Origin: Sumerlaeia bacterium
GTDB taxonomy: Bacteria > Sumerlaeota > Sumerlaeia > SLMS01 > JAHLLQ01
Reading direction: 5' to 3'
DNA: 49,462 nucleotides
NCBI GenBank assembly: GCA_040219255.1
Contig: JAVJSW010000078.1
Span: 1-49,462 of the forward strand
Shown here: positions 8,462 through 17,852 of the stretch, piece by piece
How positions within the stretch are numbered: position 1 is the stretch's first letter
How the letters are laid out: the number at the start of each line of letters is the position of its first letter
Made by a program: the position numbers and the translations under genes
Notes under the pieces: generated by a model
Database searches by the model: none
What the model saw: only the letters and a program-made list of their open reading frames with translations
Told to the model about the DNA's origin: nothing

Positions 8462-9367
8462 TTAGGCGGCCTGAGCCAATTGCGCGGGCTGGGCGGCGCG
8501 GCGCTCGTCGGCGGCCTTGGCGGCGCGGGTCAGGTGGAGGCGCGCGGTCTCGAATTCCTCGCCGCGGAAGCCGATGTTCTTCAGGAAAATCCGGGTGCGC
8601 TCATAGGTGACCTCCTCCATGGCGGTCGGCGCGAAGCGGGCGTTGGTGGTGACCTTGGCGTAGGCGATCAGGCCCAGGCAGAGCTGGATGTAGCTCTTGA
8701 TTTTCCCCGCGTGCAGCTCGGAGTTGAAGAGGCGGAATTCGATCGTGCCGCGGTAGAAAAGGCTGTGGAAATTGAGCGCGCGGTAGCGGCTGCTGTGGTA
8801 GCGGCTAAGGCTGCGGCCCCCTTCCCCGTACCAAAGAGAGCTCATTTCCGAGAGGGTCTTGGGGCGCTTGTTCGCGACCTTCTTGATGAAGTCCTGGCTG
8901 GTCGGCGCGCAGAAGCGGTTCGTCATGCGGTGAGTCGCCTCGGCGGCCAGGAAAATCATGTTCTCCTTGGCGGCGAACAGTTTGGCGACGCGGCCGACGG
9001 CGCCGGCGTCGAGGGTGGAAGCGTCGATGTGGATGTGCGTTCCGCAGGAAGCGTGGGCCCGGGCGCCTGCGCGGCGGATCGTCCGCACCACGTTCTGCAA
9101 GGTCTCGATGTCGTCGTAGCGGAGCTTCGGAGTGACCATTTCGCAGCCGGTGCCGCTGATGGAGGCGTCGTAAACGAAGGCCCAAACGCGGCCCTCGTTG
9201 TCGCGCACCTGGCTGTTGCCGGGAAGCTGGGTCCAGCCCATCGCCGTGGCGACCGAGCGGGCGAGGGTGGTGGCGCTGCGGCCGATGGTTTCGATTTCGA
9301 CACCGAAGGCGAAGGTCTTGAGGGCGGCGGCGGCGGCGTGGGCGTTGGTGGTGGCTTGAGAGGTCAT
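8462..9367 (-). CDS. putative amidoligase (COOH-NH2 ligase, Amidoligase_2-like)
   Basis: FGVEIE; W...DASI; EMVTP; SCGTHIH; RYRALN; TIEFRLFN. Start 9367 after SD AAGGA. Confidence 0.93.
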   Translation of the reverse strand: MTSQATTNAHAAAAALKTFAFGVEIETIGRSATTLARSVATAMGWTQLPGNSQVRDNEGRVWAFVYDASISGTGCEMVTPKLRYDDIETLQNVVRTIRRAGARAHASCGTHIHIDASTLDAGAVGRVAKLFAAKENMIFLAAEATHRMTNRFCAPTSQDFIKKVANKRPKTLSEMSSLWYGEGGRSLSRYHSSRYRALNFHSLFYRGTIEFRLFNSELHAGKIKSYIQLCLGLIAYAKVTTNARFAPTAMEEVTYERTRIFLKNIGFRGEEFETARLHLTRAAKAADERRAAQPAQLAQAA

Positions 9368-9434
9368 TAGGTCGATTCCTTGGGAGGGGTGGCGCTTGGT
9401 AGCTGGCCGGTCGTTTTCCTCGCGGCGTGTTTGA

Positions 9435-9495
9435 AACCTACGAACAAGCACCTCGCTCAGCAAGCGGTAAGAGCCGTTTTTGTTTAGAAAAAATA
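9435..9495 (-). promoter_or_regulatory. putative promoter of amidoligase operon (-35 TTGCTG, 17 bp, -10 TAGGTT, AT-rich UP)
   Basis: Spacing read directly from the sequence; lies just downstream of the tail-tube terminator. Confidence 0.55.
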
Positions 9496-9523
9496 CGGCT
9501 GCAAATACGAGGCGCGGCAGATA

Positions 9524-9561
9524 CAAAAAGACGCCCCGTCGCGGCGGTGCGACGGGGCGTC
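9524..9561 (-). terminator. intrinsic terminator after tail tube gene
   Basis: 13-bp stem GACGCCCCGTCGC/GCGACGGGGCGTC followed by a U-tract on the minus strand. Confidence 0.85.
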
Positions 9562-9596
9562 ATCAGCGGGTGCTGGCCTGGTGGAAGAGGGGTGGG

Positions 9597-10043
9597 TTAC
9601 CCTGCCCGCTTGTATTCCCGGCAGCCGAGAACCGCGGTCTCCATCATCAGGGCCGCGTCGTCCGTCGCGACGTTTTCCGAATAGGAGAGGTTCTTCACGA
9701 AGGCGTCTTCAATGTCCCACCGCTCGGTCACCGTTTTCAGATCGGCGCCGTAGTGGACGATGGAGAGGTCGCGCAGGTGATCGGTCGGGGGCTTCTTGCG
9801 GACGTCCTGAAGCCACTCCCAGGCCCAGGGCTCCGCGCCTTCGCTCATCATGAGCATTTCGAGGGTGATGTCGCCAAAGTTGACTTTGCCGGGCACCTCC
9901 ACGTTGGTGTCGCCTTCCCCGTAGGTGGCCACGGCGACGGAGACCTCTGGGATATTGACCTTCTGGACGCGGGCAACTTCGAGCCCGTCGATTTCGACGG
10001 CGAAACGGAAGGTCAGCCGGGGGTTCTGCTTTACGCGGGGCAT
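9597..10043 (-). CDS. contractile tail tube protein (T4 gp19-like)
   Basis: NPRLTFRFAVEIDG; PGKVNFGDITL; follows sheath. Confidence 0.9.
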   Translation of the reverse strand: MPRVKQNPRLTFRFAVEIDGLEVARVQKVNIPEVSVAVATYGEGDTNVEVPGKVNFGDITLEMLMMSEGAEPWAWEWLQDVRKKPPTDHLRDLSIVHYGADLKTVTERWDIEDAFVKNLSYSENVATDDAALMMETAVLGCREYKRAG

Positions 10044-10087
10044 GGGTGGTTAGCTCCTGTCATGCAAGGGTCGTGGGCGGGTGGCCA

Positions 10088-12043
10088 TTACGCCACGAGG
10101 GCGCTGAAGTCGGCGGTTTCGGTTTCGGCGAAGTCCTGCAGGCTGACCGCGGTTTCGGTGACCACCGCCATGAAGCTGATGTACTTCATGCGGCGCACGG
10201 GCTTCTGGAACACGCGGACGCGGTATTCGCCCTCATCAATCGAAGCGCCGGTGTTGAGGACCGCATCCTCGATGCGTTTCACGTTCTGGTCGCCGAAGAC
10301 GACGAAGCCCGGGTTTTCCTCGTCGCCATAGAGGGCGCCGTCGGCCTGGAGCTGGCCGTAGAACCGGGCGAGGGCCCGGCATATGGCCCGCCAGTACTGC
10401 AGGTCGTTGGGCTTGAACACGAAGCGGAGCAGGAAGGGCGGGATGGTCTTTCGCTGATAGAGCATCAGGTCCTGCACGTTGAGCTGCTGGAGCGCCGAGA
10501 AGGAGCGCTGCAGCGTCTGGTCGCCCCAAACGCACGGGGCCTGGCCGGGGAAGGCGAGGACCGGGTTGATCTGCGCCGCGTCGAGAGCGTCGGCCTCCGC
10601 CTTGCGGGCGGGGGAGCCGACGTTGTGCGTCAGGCGGAGCAGGTTGGGAACCTTGCCCAGGTCGATGCCGGCTTTCGGCGTCCAGGGGCGGCCCTTCGAC
10701 TCGGCGTAGCCGTGGACGCCCAGGACGTCGGCCGTGAGCGGCAAAGTCACCTCGCCACCGTTTCGCGGATCCCGCACCACGCCGTGCCCGTAGTAAAGGG
10801 CGCCGAAGCGGGAGTCGATCGGGAGGTTGACGCCCTGATACGAGCCCGTGCCCAGGCGCCAATCGCGCGCCTCCTGGGGCATCAGGTCAGGGGTGACGGC
10901 CACAAACTCGAGGTCTCCGCGCGCGGCGCAATAGGCCACGCCGGCGGCCAAGAGCTCGTGCGAGGTCTCCGCCGGAATCGCCAGGCGTGAAGAGTCGGTC
11001 ACCTCGTCGAAGGCGTAGAGGCCCGTTCCGGCGGCCTTGTCGCCCTTGTAGTCGCTCGCGACGATGGCGCCGGTGCTCGCGCCGTCAAGGAGCAGGTTCG
11101 TTGCGGCAAGCGCGCCAACCGGGAGGTCGTTCGCGTTCGCGTCGGCGCTGAGCTTGCCCAGGAACGAACGGGCGTTGACGTAGGCGGGCGCGTAGCGGCT
11201 GTCGCCGGGCTTCATCGAAAGGCCGCGATACAGCTCGTTGAGCTCGGGCTGCGCCGCGGTGGTGATCGTCAGGTCAAAACGCTTCGGGTCGTTGCCGTTC
11301 ACCGTGACCGCCACCTTGAGGTTGTCTTCGCCCTCGTTGGGCCACACGCCCGAGCCGGAAGCGGTGAACTTGAGCTGCGGGTCGCCGGCCGCCACCAGAG
11401 CGGCGGCGGCCGCAACGGCCACCGCGGCGTCGGTCGCGACGGCGCCCGGAGCGATCTCGGCGTAGACCTTGCCCACGGCGGCGGCGGAGGCGTTGAAGAG
11501 AGCCACGAGGCCGTCGTAGGTCGTCAGCACGTTGCCGTCGCTATCGGTTTCGAGGGTGATCGTGAAAGTGGTCGTGCCACTCGCGGTGGCCACGGCCACC
11601 GTGGCCGGGGTATTCGGATCGGAAACCGGATCGACGATTTCGAGCTCGAAGCTGGAGGCGGGCACGAGCGAAACGAAGCGGACCTTGTTCGCAACGGTGA
11701 GCGAAGGCGCGCCGTCGAGCTCGGTCGAGGCGGCCGAGTCGACCCACTCGTCGCCGTCGGTGATGTCGCTGTGGTGGACGGCGCGGGCGACGTAGAGCGC
11801 CATTCCCGTCTCGCGTTCGAGCAGGCGGCGCACCGCGAGCGCCGCCTTCCCCGCGTCCCCGGGGAGCATCTTGCCGAAGACGCGGTCGAACTGAACGGTC
11901 GAGCCGATCAGGTAGGGTTTCCAGGGCTCGCCCCGGCGCGCCTCGATCAGCACGCAGGCCCGGTTGAAGGACGCGCGGCGAATCAGGCTCGAAAGGTCAA
12001 CGACCGAAAAATCGACATTGCCGATACCAGTGGGCATTTTCAT
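10088..12043 (-). CDS. phage tail sheath protein
   Basis: INPV...G...WGDQTL; LNV; FKPND...W C-terminal sheath motifs. Confidence 0.93.
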   Translation of the reverse strand: MKMPTGIGNVDFSVVDLSSLIRRASFNRACVLIEARRGEPWKPYLIGSTVQFDRVFGKMLPGDAGKAALAVRRLLERETGMALYVARAVHHSDITDGDEWVDSAASTELDGAPSLTVANKVRFVSLVPASSFELEIVDPVSDPNTPATVAVATASGTTTFTITLETDSDGNVLTTYDGLVALFNASAAAVGKVYAEIAPGAVATDAAVAVAAAAALVAAGDPQLKFTASGSGVWPNEGEDNLKVAVTVNGNDPKRFDLTITTAAQPELNELYRGLSMKPGDSRYAPAYVNARSFLGKLSADANANDLPVGALAATNLLLDGASTGAIVASDYKGDKAAGTGLYAFDEVTDSSRLAIPAETSHELLAAGVAYCAARGDLEFVAVTPDLMPQEARDWRLGTGSYQGVNLPIDSRFGALYYGHGVVRDPRNGGEVTLPLTADVLGVHGYAESKGRPWTPKAGIDLGKVPNLLRLTHNVGSPARKAEADALDAAQINPVLAFPGQAPCVWGDQTLQRSFSALQQLNVQDLMLYQRKTIPPFLLRFVFKPNDLQYWRAICRALARFYGQLQADGALYGDEENPGFVVFGDQNVKRIEDAVLNTGASIDEGEYRVRVFQKPVRRMKYISFMAVVTETAVSLQDFAETETADFSALVA

Positions 12044-12735
12044 TCTCCTGTTGGGTTGATCGCCAGGCGGTCATCGCCCGGCTTGGTGGAATCCTCGAGG
12101 TCGCCTTGGTTGAAGACGGTCGTGAGGTCGATGACGCTGATGGCCTGGGCGGCCTGTCCGCCGGGCGAGTCCACCCGATGGGTCACCACGACGGTCCAGG
12201 CCTTCTCGTACTGATCGCCCTCGCCGTCGAACGCGTCCGAGACGTTGGGCGCTCCGAAGTGCCGCACCTCGACCTGTTCGCCGGCGGCGCCGATAACCCC
12301 TCGGCGAGGCAAGGCTGCGACGACCGCCTCCGTCGCTGCCCGGTCCGTTTCCCATGAGCGCGTGAACGTCGAAATTTGGTAGGTGGTCTCGAACCACCGC
12401 GGCGGGTCCTTCTTGATGTAGCCCCGCGGCCGGGTGACGGTTCCGAGGCCCGGCACCTCGATGTCGATGGTCCCCGCCTCCGGGTCGTCTTCGTAGTAGT
12501 TGCCCATCACCTCGCCGCGGTCGAAAATTTGCCGCGGGTAAAGGCGGTGAATCACGAAGCGCGCGGATAGCTCGCCCGGCGCGGGCAGGGGCGGAAGCGC
12601 CCTCGGGTCCTGGGCGTGGAAAACGTGGCGGGTCGTCCCGCCGGGCAGAACCACGGCCCCGTTCAGCGCGTCGAAGATGGCGTTGTCGATGTCCGAAAAG
12701 GTCACGGCCAGGGGGCTCCCTGGCGGATGTACCAC
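12040..12735 (-). CDS. tail completion/terminator protein
   Basis: Position between neck genes and sheath; TYQISTFTR. Start uncertain (possibly GTG 12705). Confidence 0.6.
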   Translation of the reverse strand: MVHPPGSPLAVTFSDIDNAIFDALNGAVVLPGGTTRHVFHAQDPRALPPLPAPGELSARFVIHRLYPRQIFDRGEVMGNYYEDDPEAGTIDIEVPGLGTVTRPRGYIKKDPPRWFETTYQISTFTRSWETDRAATEAVVAALPRRGVIGAAGEQVEVRHFGAPNVSDAFDGEGDQYEKAWTVVVTHRVDSPGGQAAQAISVIDLTTVFNQGDLEDSTKPGDDRLAINPTGE

Positions 12736-12762
12736 CGCAGGCCCGCGTGCCCCGCACGGCCG

Positions 12763-13248
12763 CTATTTCCCCATCACCACGCGGAGCGCCTTGAGGATTT
12801 CCTGGCGGGTTTCCTCCTCCGAGGCGGCCCAGGCCGGCCGGAAAAGGGGCCGCGCCGGAATACCGGCCTTCACCGAACCAAACTCCATCAGGGCGACGAC
12901 ATTCACGAGGGCGCCGTTGTGCTCGGCCACTCGCTTGGCTCCCACCACCGCGGTCATACCGTCCTCGGAAACGGAGGTCGTGATCGATTGCTGGAGCGAA
13001 GAGGTCTTGATGTAGATGTCGGTCGAATAGCCCTCGCGCAGCTTGCGCTCGCGGTAGGCCTTCGAGAGGGGCTTCCAGGGAAGGTCCTGGTTCTGAATAT
13101 GGAGCACGAGGCGCCGCTCGAAGCGGGCGGCGGAAATCCGGACGGCCTTTCTCATGGCGGCTGCGTAACGCTCGTCGAGCGTCGCGAGCTTGCGGGCGGC
13201 GTCCGCCCAGGGCCCCGTCAGCGTAACCCCTGACTTCCCGACGGCCAT
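12763..13248 (-). CDS. neck/virion morphogenesis protein (HK97 gp10/Mu gpG-like)
   Basis: WKPLS; MEFG....IPARPLFRPA. Confidence 0.85.
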   Translation of the reverse strand: MAVGKSGVTLTGPWADAARKLATLDERYAAAMRKAVRISAARFERRLVLHIQNQDLPWKPLSKAYRERKLREGYSTDIYIKTSSLQQSITTSVSEDGMTAVVGAKRVAEHNGALVNVVALMEFGSVKAGIPARPLFRPAWAASEEETRQEILKALRVVMGK

Positions 13249-13716
13249 TTACGAGGGCGCCTTTCGAGCGAGGCCGGTGCCACCCCTGCCGCGCTCCAAC
13301 CCGACGCGGTGAAAATGGGTGGTGTTGCGGAAGGCGGCCGACGGCCGCAGGCTGACAATCCGCCAACGCTCCCCCGGCTCGAACTCGGGCAGCTCGATCT
13401 CGTCGTCCTGGTCGATAGTGACCGAGGCCGCAGCCAACACGTCTTTGTGGATGGAGACGACGACCTCAGCCATTTCCTCCCCGCCCGCGGCCACGCCCGC
13501 TTGCCCCGCCTTTGGCCGGGCGACAAGGCCCGTCAGCTCGTGGACGGTCTCAGCGCTTGCGGCGGGGGCGGGACGACCCTTCGCCTCGGCAATGGCCTGG
13601 GCGTCGCCGGGCATGCGCTTGACGAGCCGCACCGTGAAACGGCCGAGCGTGTCGGCCAGGTCGCGCATTGCGGAAGCGAAACCCGCAATATCGTCGTCTG
13701 TGAGGTAATCCGCCAT
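13249..13716 (-). CDS. putative head-closure/head-tail joining protein
   Basis: Synteny and size. Confidence 0.55.
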   Translation of the reverse strand: MADYLTDDDIAGFASAMRDLADTLGRFTVRLVKRMPGDAQAIAEAKGRPAPAASAETVHELTGLVARPKAGQAGVAAGGEEMAEVVVSIHKDVLAAASVTIDQDDEIELPEFEPGERWRIVSLRPSAAFRNTTHFHRVGLERGRGGTGLARKAPS

Positions 13717-13728
13717 GGCGCTGCCTGC

Positions 13729-14142
13729 TCAAGTGATGAAGTAGATGTCGGGGTCGGGCTCGTAGACGATGCCGTCGGCGCCCGGGTCCATGGGCGGCAA
13801 CCCTTCGCGTCGCAGCGCGTCCTCGAGTTGGAAGCGGAGTGTCTTTTCCGCCTCCACAAGGCCCTTGGCCCGGTCGGCGTATTCCGCGCTGGCGCCGTCG
13901 GCGTCCGCCTTTTTCAGGGCGCCCTTGAAGTGATCCAATGCGGGCACAATCAGCGCGTAGGCGGCCCGCATCGTGACGATCATTTTCTGGCGCGCGGTCC
14001 AGTCGGCCTCGGCCTCGCTGAAATCGTAAAGCCCCACCGCGTCTTCGAGGCGGGCCTGAATGGACGCCTCGATGGCCTCAACCCCGCCGGAATTCGGCAG
14101 GTAGGACTGCACGCGGGAAATGATGTCGTATGAATAAGGCAC
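13729..14142 (-). CDS. putative head-tail adaptor protein
   Basis: Synteny; helical 137-aa protein. Confidence 0.55.
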   Translation of the reverse strand: MPYSYDIISRVQSYLPNSGGVEAIEASIQARLEDAVGLYDFSEAEADWTARQKMIVTMRAAYALIVPALDHFKGALKKADADGASAEYADRAKGLVEAEKTLRFQLEDALRREGLPPMDPGADGIVYEPDPDIYFIT

Positions 14143-14201
14143 GGTGGAAGCCCCCCTTCTGAATATACCGCGGCGGCCTCCGCCTCGATGGACGCGTTGG
14201 C

Positions 14202-14387
14202 CTAGGCGATCAGCGCGCTCGGATTGCGGTGGTTGGCGGCGCCCAGGGCAGCCGGGCCGGTGGCCCTGAGCTTGGACGTGAGAGTCCAGCCGGAAATATC
14301 GATGGCGGCCCCGCCTTCACCGGCCTCGCGATGCCGGAACCGCTGCGAATAGGGCAGGGTGGGGCGAATCGGCTGAGGGGAGGTCAT
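14202..14387 (-). CDS. short ORF, possible remnant of a virion protein
   Basis: AIDISGWTLTSKLR resembles the 'DLTG.T....R' motif of phage structural Ig-like proteins, but the ORF ends shortly after. Confidence 0.3.
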   Translation of the reverse strand: MTSPQPIRPTLPYSQRFRHREAGEGGAAIDISGWTLTSKLRATGPAALGAANHRNPSALIA

Positions 14388-14439
14388 TGGGGGCCGCCAA
14401 TCTGAGGGTCAGGAGCCCCGCCGCGGCGGGGCTGGTGGT

Positions 14440-14682
14440 TTACTTGCCGCCCGGGGACGGCTTCTTGGCGTCGCCGGAGGAGGAGCCGCCGGACTTGGCG
14501 CCGGAGGCGCTGGGGGCCGCCGAGTCGACGTAAACGAGCCCGCCCGCCTGCAGCGCCTTTTGGGTCTGGCCGCCGACCGGAGTGGTCAGGGGCTTGACTT
14601 CGCCCGGCAGGACCGTAAAGCCGGTCGCCTTGTCGCTGAAGCTCGAGGCCTTGGGGCCGAGGGAGACTTTCCGTTCGCTCAT
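14440..14682 (-). CDS. small capsid-operon protein
   Basis: 80 aa directly after the major capsid gene; SD AAGGA. Confidence 0.7.
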   Translation of the reverse strand: MSERKVSLGPKASSFSDKATGFTVLPGEVKPLTTPVGGQTQKALQAGGLVYVDSAAPSASGAKSGGSSSGDAKKPSPGGK

Positions 14683-14763
14683 GGGTCGTTTCCTTCTTGG
14701 GAGGTCAGAGGTGGGAAATGGGATGGGCGGACCCGCCCTTCAGGCTACGGTCCGCCCATCGGA

Positions 14764-15828
14764 TTAGAACTGGTTGAAGGTCGACTTGACCGGGGTCATG
14801 TAGGCCGGGAAGCCGTTCCCCGCGTAGGCGATGCTTCCGTCGAGGGCAACGCGGCCGTCGCGAACGAGGCTCGCAAAGCCGGCGGTCACCGAGGCGACCG
14901 ACTTCTCGATCTGCTTTTCGATGATCTTCTGGCTTTCCACCTCAAGAGCGGAGGCGGTGAGCAGGGCCAGCGCGCGGGCCGGGTCGACGAAGATGGCGCG
15001 GTTGGCCGTCACGTGGGCGTCGGCGTACAGGTCCGCTTCCTCGGGCACCGGCGTCTTCACGTTGAGCGGCAGCTCGGCGGCGGCGTCGCGCGTGGTCTTG
15101 CGGCGGTGCTCGGCCAGGTTCAGGATGACGTTCGCAGCCTCCTCGGAGGCGACGATCTTGGAGAAGCGCCGGCCGATCATGGCGCCGCGGATGAAGAGGC
15201 GCAGCTCATCGGCGTAGGTGATACCCGGGGTCGTGTCGTTGACGCCGATCACCGCCGCGCTGTGCGACAGGTCGGACTGGTCGCCGTTTTCGAGCACCGA
15301 GACGGCGTAGGCGTTCAGGCGGCCAGCGAGGCGGGAGCCGAAGTCCTCGAAGAACACCGCGGCCAGGTCGAGCGACGTGTACTTGATCGCCTCGTAGCTG
15401 ATGTCGAGACCGATCGTGTGCTTGTGCAGGCGGACGGTCTTGTCCTTGTACGAGACGGAGCCGACGGGCACCGACTCGCCCTCGGCGGTCGTCTTGGGCT
15501 CGGCGTCCGAGTACTCGAAGCTCGGCACCACCACGGACGGCTGGGCCACGCGCTCGTCAGCGGCCACGACCTCGCGATACCAGGCGCGGACGAAGCCCTC
15601 GCGGATGGCGGAGCGGAAGACCTCGGGCACGAGCCACTTGCGGTCGTCCGCCAGGTTGAGCACGAAATCGACCGAGTGCTTCCGGGGATTGATGCTCAGC
15701 TCGCGCAGCATTTCCTGCGGCGTCTGGTTGTACTCGTCCTCCAGGATGGAGGCGAGGGTCGCGTCGTAGCCCTGGCGGCGGAGAGCGCCGAGCTTCTCGT
15801 GCATTTCACGGATTTTTGCGAAAGCCAT
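14764..15828 (-). CDS. major capsid protein (HK97 fold)
   Basis: AEGESVP E-loop-like segment; K....LDISYE.I; size and position after scaffold and decoration genes. Confidence 0.88.
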   Translation of the reverse strand: MAFAKIREMHEKLGALRRQGYDATLASILEDEYNQTPQEMLRELSINPRKHSVDFVLNLADDRKWLVPEVFRSAIREGFVRAWYREVVAADERVAQPSVVVPSFEYSDAEPKTTAEGESVPVGSVSYKDKTVRLHKHTIGLDISYEAIKYTSLDLAAVFFEDFGSRLAGRLNAYAVSVLENGDQSDLSHSAAVIGVNDTTPGITYADELRLFIRGAMIGRRFSKIVASEEAANVILNLAEHRRKTTRDAAAELPLNVKTPVPEEADLYADAHVTANRAIFVDPARALALLTASALEVESQKIIEKQIEKSVASVTAGFASLVRDGRVALDGSIAYAGNGFPAYMTPVKSTFNQF

Positions 15829-15890
15829 GTTTCGTGTCTCCTTGAGACGGGGAAGGTTGGGTTTCCAGGGCGGCGCCGTGGGGTGACTGG

Positions 15891-16268
15891 TTAGACGGAG
15901 AGCAGGGCGGCGATGGAGGCGTCGGCGGCGCCGGCCGACTCCAGGATCAGGCCGGCGATGGCCGCGGAGTCATGGCTCGCGCTGTCGTACTGAATCGCCT
16001 TGCCGTTGGCGTCGTAGACGAAGGCGCCGCGGGTGATCGCCGCGCCGGAGGTGACGTTCGCCTCCCGCTTGAAAGCGGTCTCGACGGTCACCTCGCCGTC
16101 ACGGGGCGGGGTCAGGACGCGGCCCACGATGGTGACGGAGCCGAGGGTTGCGAGCTTCTTCACCGTGCGGTTCGCGGTGGCGTCGATCTCAACGACGTCG
16201 CCAGCGACCAGGGTGGTGGGGCCTTCGAGAGAGATGTTCAAGCCGTGGGTGGAAACACGATCTGCCAT
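15891..16268 (-). CDS. capsid decoration/cement protein
   Basis: Small Gly/Ala/Thr-rich beta protein between scaffold and capsid genes. Confidence 0.7.
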   Translation of the reverse strand: MADRVSTHGLNISLEGPTTLVAGDVVEIDATANRTVKKLATLGSVTIVGRVLTPPRDGEVTVETAFKREANVTSGAAITRGAFVYDANGKAIQYDSASHDSAAIAGLILESAGAADASIAALLSV

Positions 16269-16352
16269 TTTCGATATTCCTCATGGGGTTCGGGTCAGGG
16301 GTAAACGCGCGCAAGCGCGCGCTGGCGCAGGAGGGGCCGGGCAGGGGCGGGG

Positions 16353-17666
16353 TTACTTGCCGCCGAGGACCCGCGCGCCCTTCTCGAGTTCGCGGTCCTC
16401 AATGGCCGCCTCGCTGCCGCGGGCGCCCTCGGCCGAGGGATTGGTCTCCGGATCGGGCTGCGAGGAGCGGCCGCCGCCCAAGGCGGCCTTGGCCTGCTTT
16501 TCGTAGAGCGCGGCGGTGGCGTTCGCGGTGGCGAAGTCCATGCGGCGAATGTTCTCGCGCAGGGGTTCGAGGTCCTCACCGGTGCCGTTCGCGCGGGTGA
16601 AGGCGGCCACCGCGCTCTCGCGGGCCTTGTCGAGGGCCTGGCGCCCCATCTCGGCCTCCGGCCGCAGCTTGTTGATCTTATCGTTCGCCTCTTCGAGATC
16701 CGCGGCGAGGGCGGCCTTGGCGGCCTTCTCCTCGTCCAGGTCGCCGCGCAGGCGGGTCAGGGTGGCGCTTTCGGCGCTCTTCGCGCGGGCCTCGCCGAAG
16801 GCTTCGAGCTTCGCGCCGAGGTCCTCGGCGGAGAGCTCGGCCAGGGCCTCGGCGCTCACGCCCAGCGAGGCCGCCAGTTTTTCCATGGCCTTCTTGTTCA
16901 TAGTCTTAGTCCCCTCGGGGTTGATTTCCGGGGCCCCAAAGGAGGCCGCCTGTGGTTCCTGTTTCGATGTACCCGCCGGAATGCGGGGAGGGCCCAGCGG
17001 GGGGCGGGAAAGCGTCTTGTGGCCCTCGTCGCCGGAGCCCTCGAAGGCGTCCCCGGGCACACGCCTGGCGCCACGGTCCGAGCCGGCCTGGACGATAGAG
17101 GTTTCGGGCGTTTCAAGCACCTTGGTGACGAGCATTCGCACAGTCTCCCCGTTGATTTCTTCGCCGAGGTGCATCCAGAAATCGCGCTCGTCCTCGAAGT
17201 CGTGGCTTGGCACGAATTCAAAGACGATTCCCAGCGAGGTCCGGTTGACCGCGCCCATGTCGATCCCCTCGATCAGGCGCCCCTCTTCCTCCGCCTTCGC
17301 CCGGCTCAGGCGATAAATGCCGTTGATGCCGGGAATCCCGCCGCCCTCGTCGTCCCACCACGACTCCGCCACGACGCCGAGCCAATGGCGGACGTCGTGG
17401 CTGTGGTTGAAGTAAACGCCCGTCCCCTTCACCTTTTCGGCGTATTCCCGCAGGGCCGCCCCGTCGTTGTGGGAGAAGTCGATGAAGTAGTCGGTGATGT
17501 GATCGGCGGAGAGGATGCGCCACTCGCTCGCGTGTTCCGTCTCGGGCAGGGCGAGCTGGCTCAAGACCTCCTGGCCGCGTGCGGAGAATTCACCGCGGGC
17601 CGTGCGCGGCGCGCGGGGGCCCGGCCGGGAGATTGTCAATTGGGTGCTGTGGGTGAATTTCGGCAT
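16353..17666 (-). CDS. prohead protease-scaffold fusion
   Basis: N-terminal FNH.H..LG, TSLG, ETSIV..G.D protease-like motifs; C-terminal coiled coil. Possible internal start MNKK at 16901. Confidence 0.75.
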   Translation of the reverse strand: MPKFTHSTQLTISRPGPRAPRTARGEFSARGQEVLSQLALPETEHASEWRILSADHITDYFIDFSHNDGAALREYAEKVKGTGVYFNHSHDVRHWLGVVAESWWDDEGGGIPGINGIYRLSRAKAEEEGRLIEGIDMGAVNRTSLGIVFEFVPSHDFEDERDFWMHLGEEINGETVRMLVTKVLETPETSIVQAGSDRGARRVPGDAFEGSGDEGHKTLSRPPLGPPRIPAGTSKQEPQAASFGAPEINPEGTKTMNKKAMEKLAASLGVSAEALAELSAEDLGAKLEAFGEARAKSAESATLTRLRGDLDEEKAAKAALAADLEEANDKINKLRPEAEMGRQALDKARESAVAAFTRANGTGEDLEPLRENIRRMDFATANATAALYEKQAKAALGGGRSSQPDPETNPSAEGARGSEAAIEDRELEKGARVLGGK

Positions 17667-17760
17667 CCTGCGGCCCTTTGATGGGTAAGGCTTTCGCGCG
17701 CCCGGAGGCGGCGCTTTCGCAGGATGTACCGTAGGCGGCGCAGTGGGCGGCGCCGGGCAC

Positions 17761-17796
17761 AAAAAAACGCCGCCTGGAACCAAATCCAGGCGGCGC
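17761..17796 (-). terminator. intrinsic terminator after the MuF and small gene pair
   Basis: Stem CGCCGCCTGGA/TCCAGGCGGCG plus 7 T on the minus strand. Confidence 0.85.
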
Positions 17797-17852
17797 CCAC
17801 CGGCGTTGACCGGGCGAGTTGCCACGCTCGCCGCACGATGTACCGCTATCGC

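Noticed and set aside
14413-14432. Perfect palindrome AGCCCCGCCGCGGCGGGGCT
   Set aside because: No U-tract and single copy; probably an mRNA-stabilising or terminator-like hairpin after the capsid genes, too weak to call.
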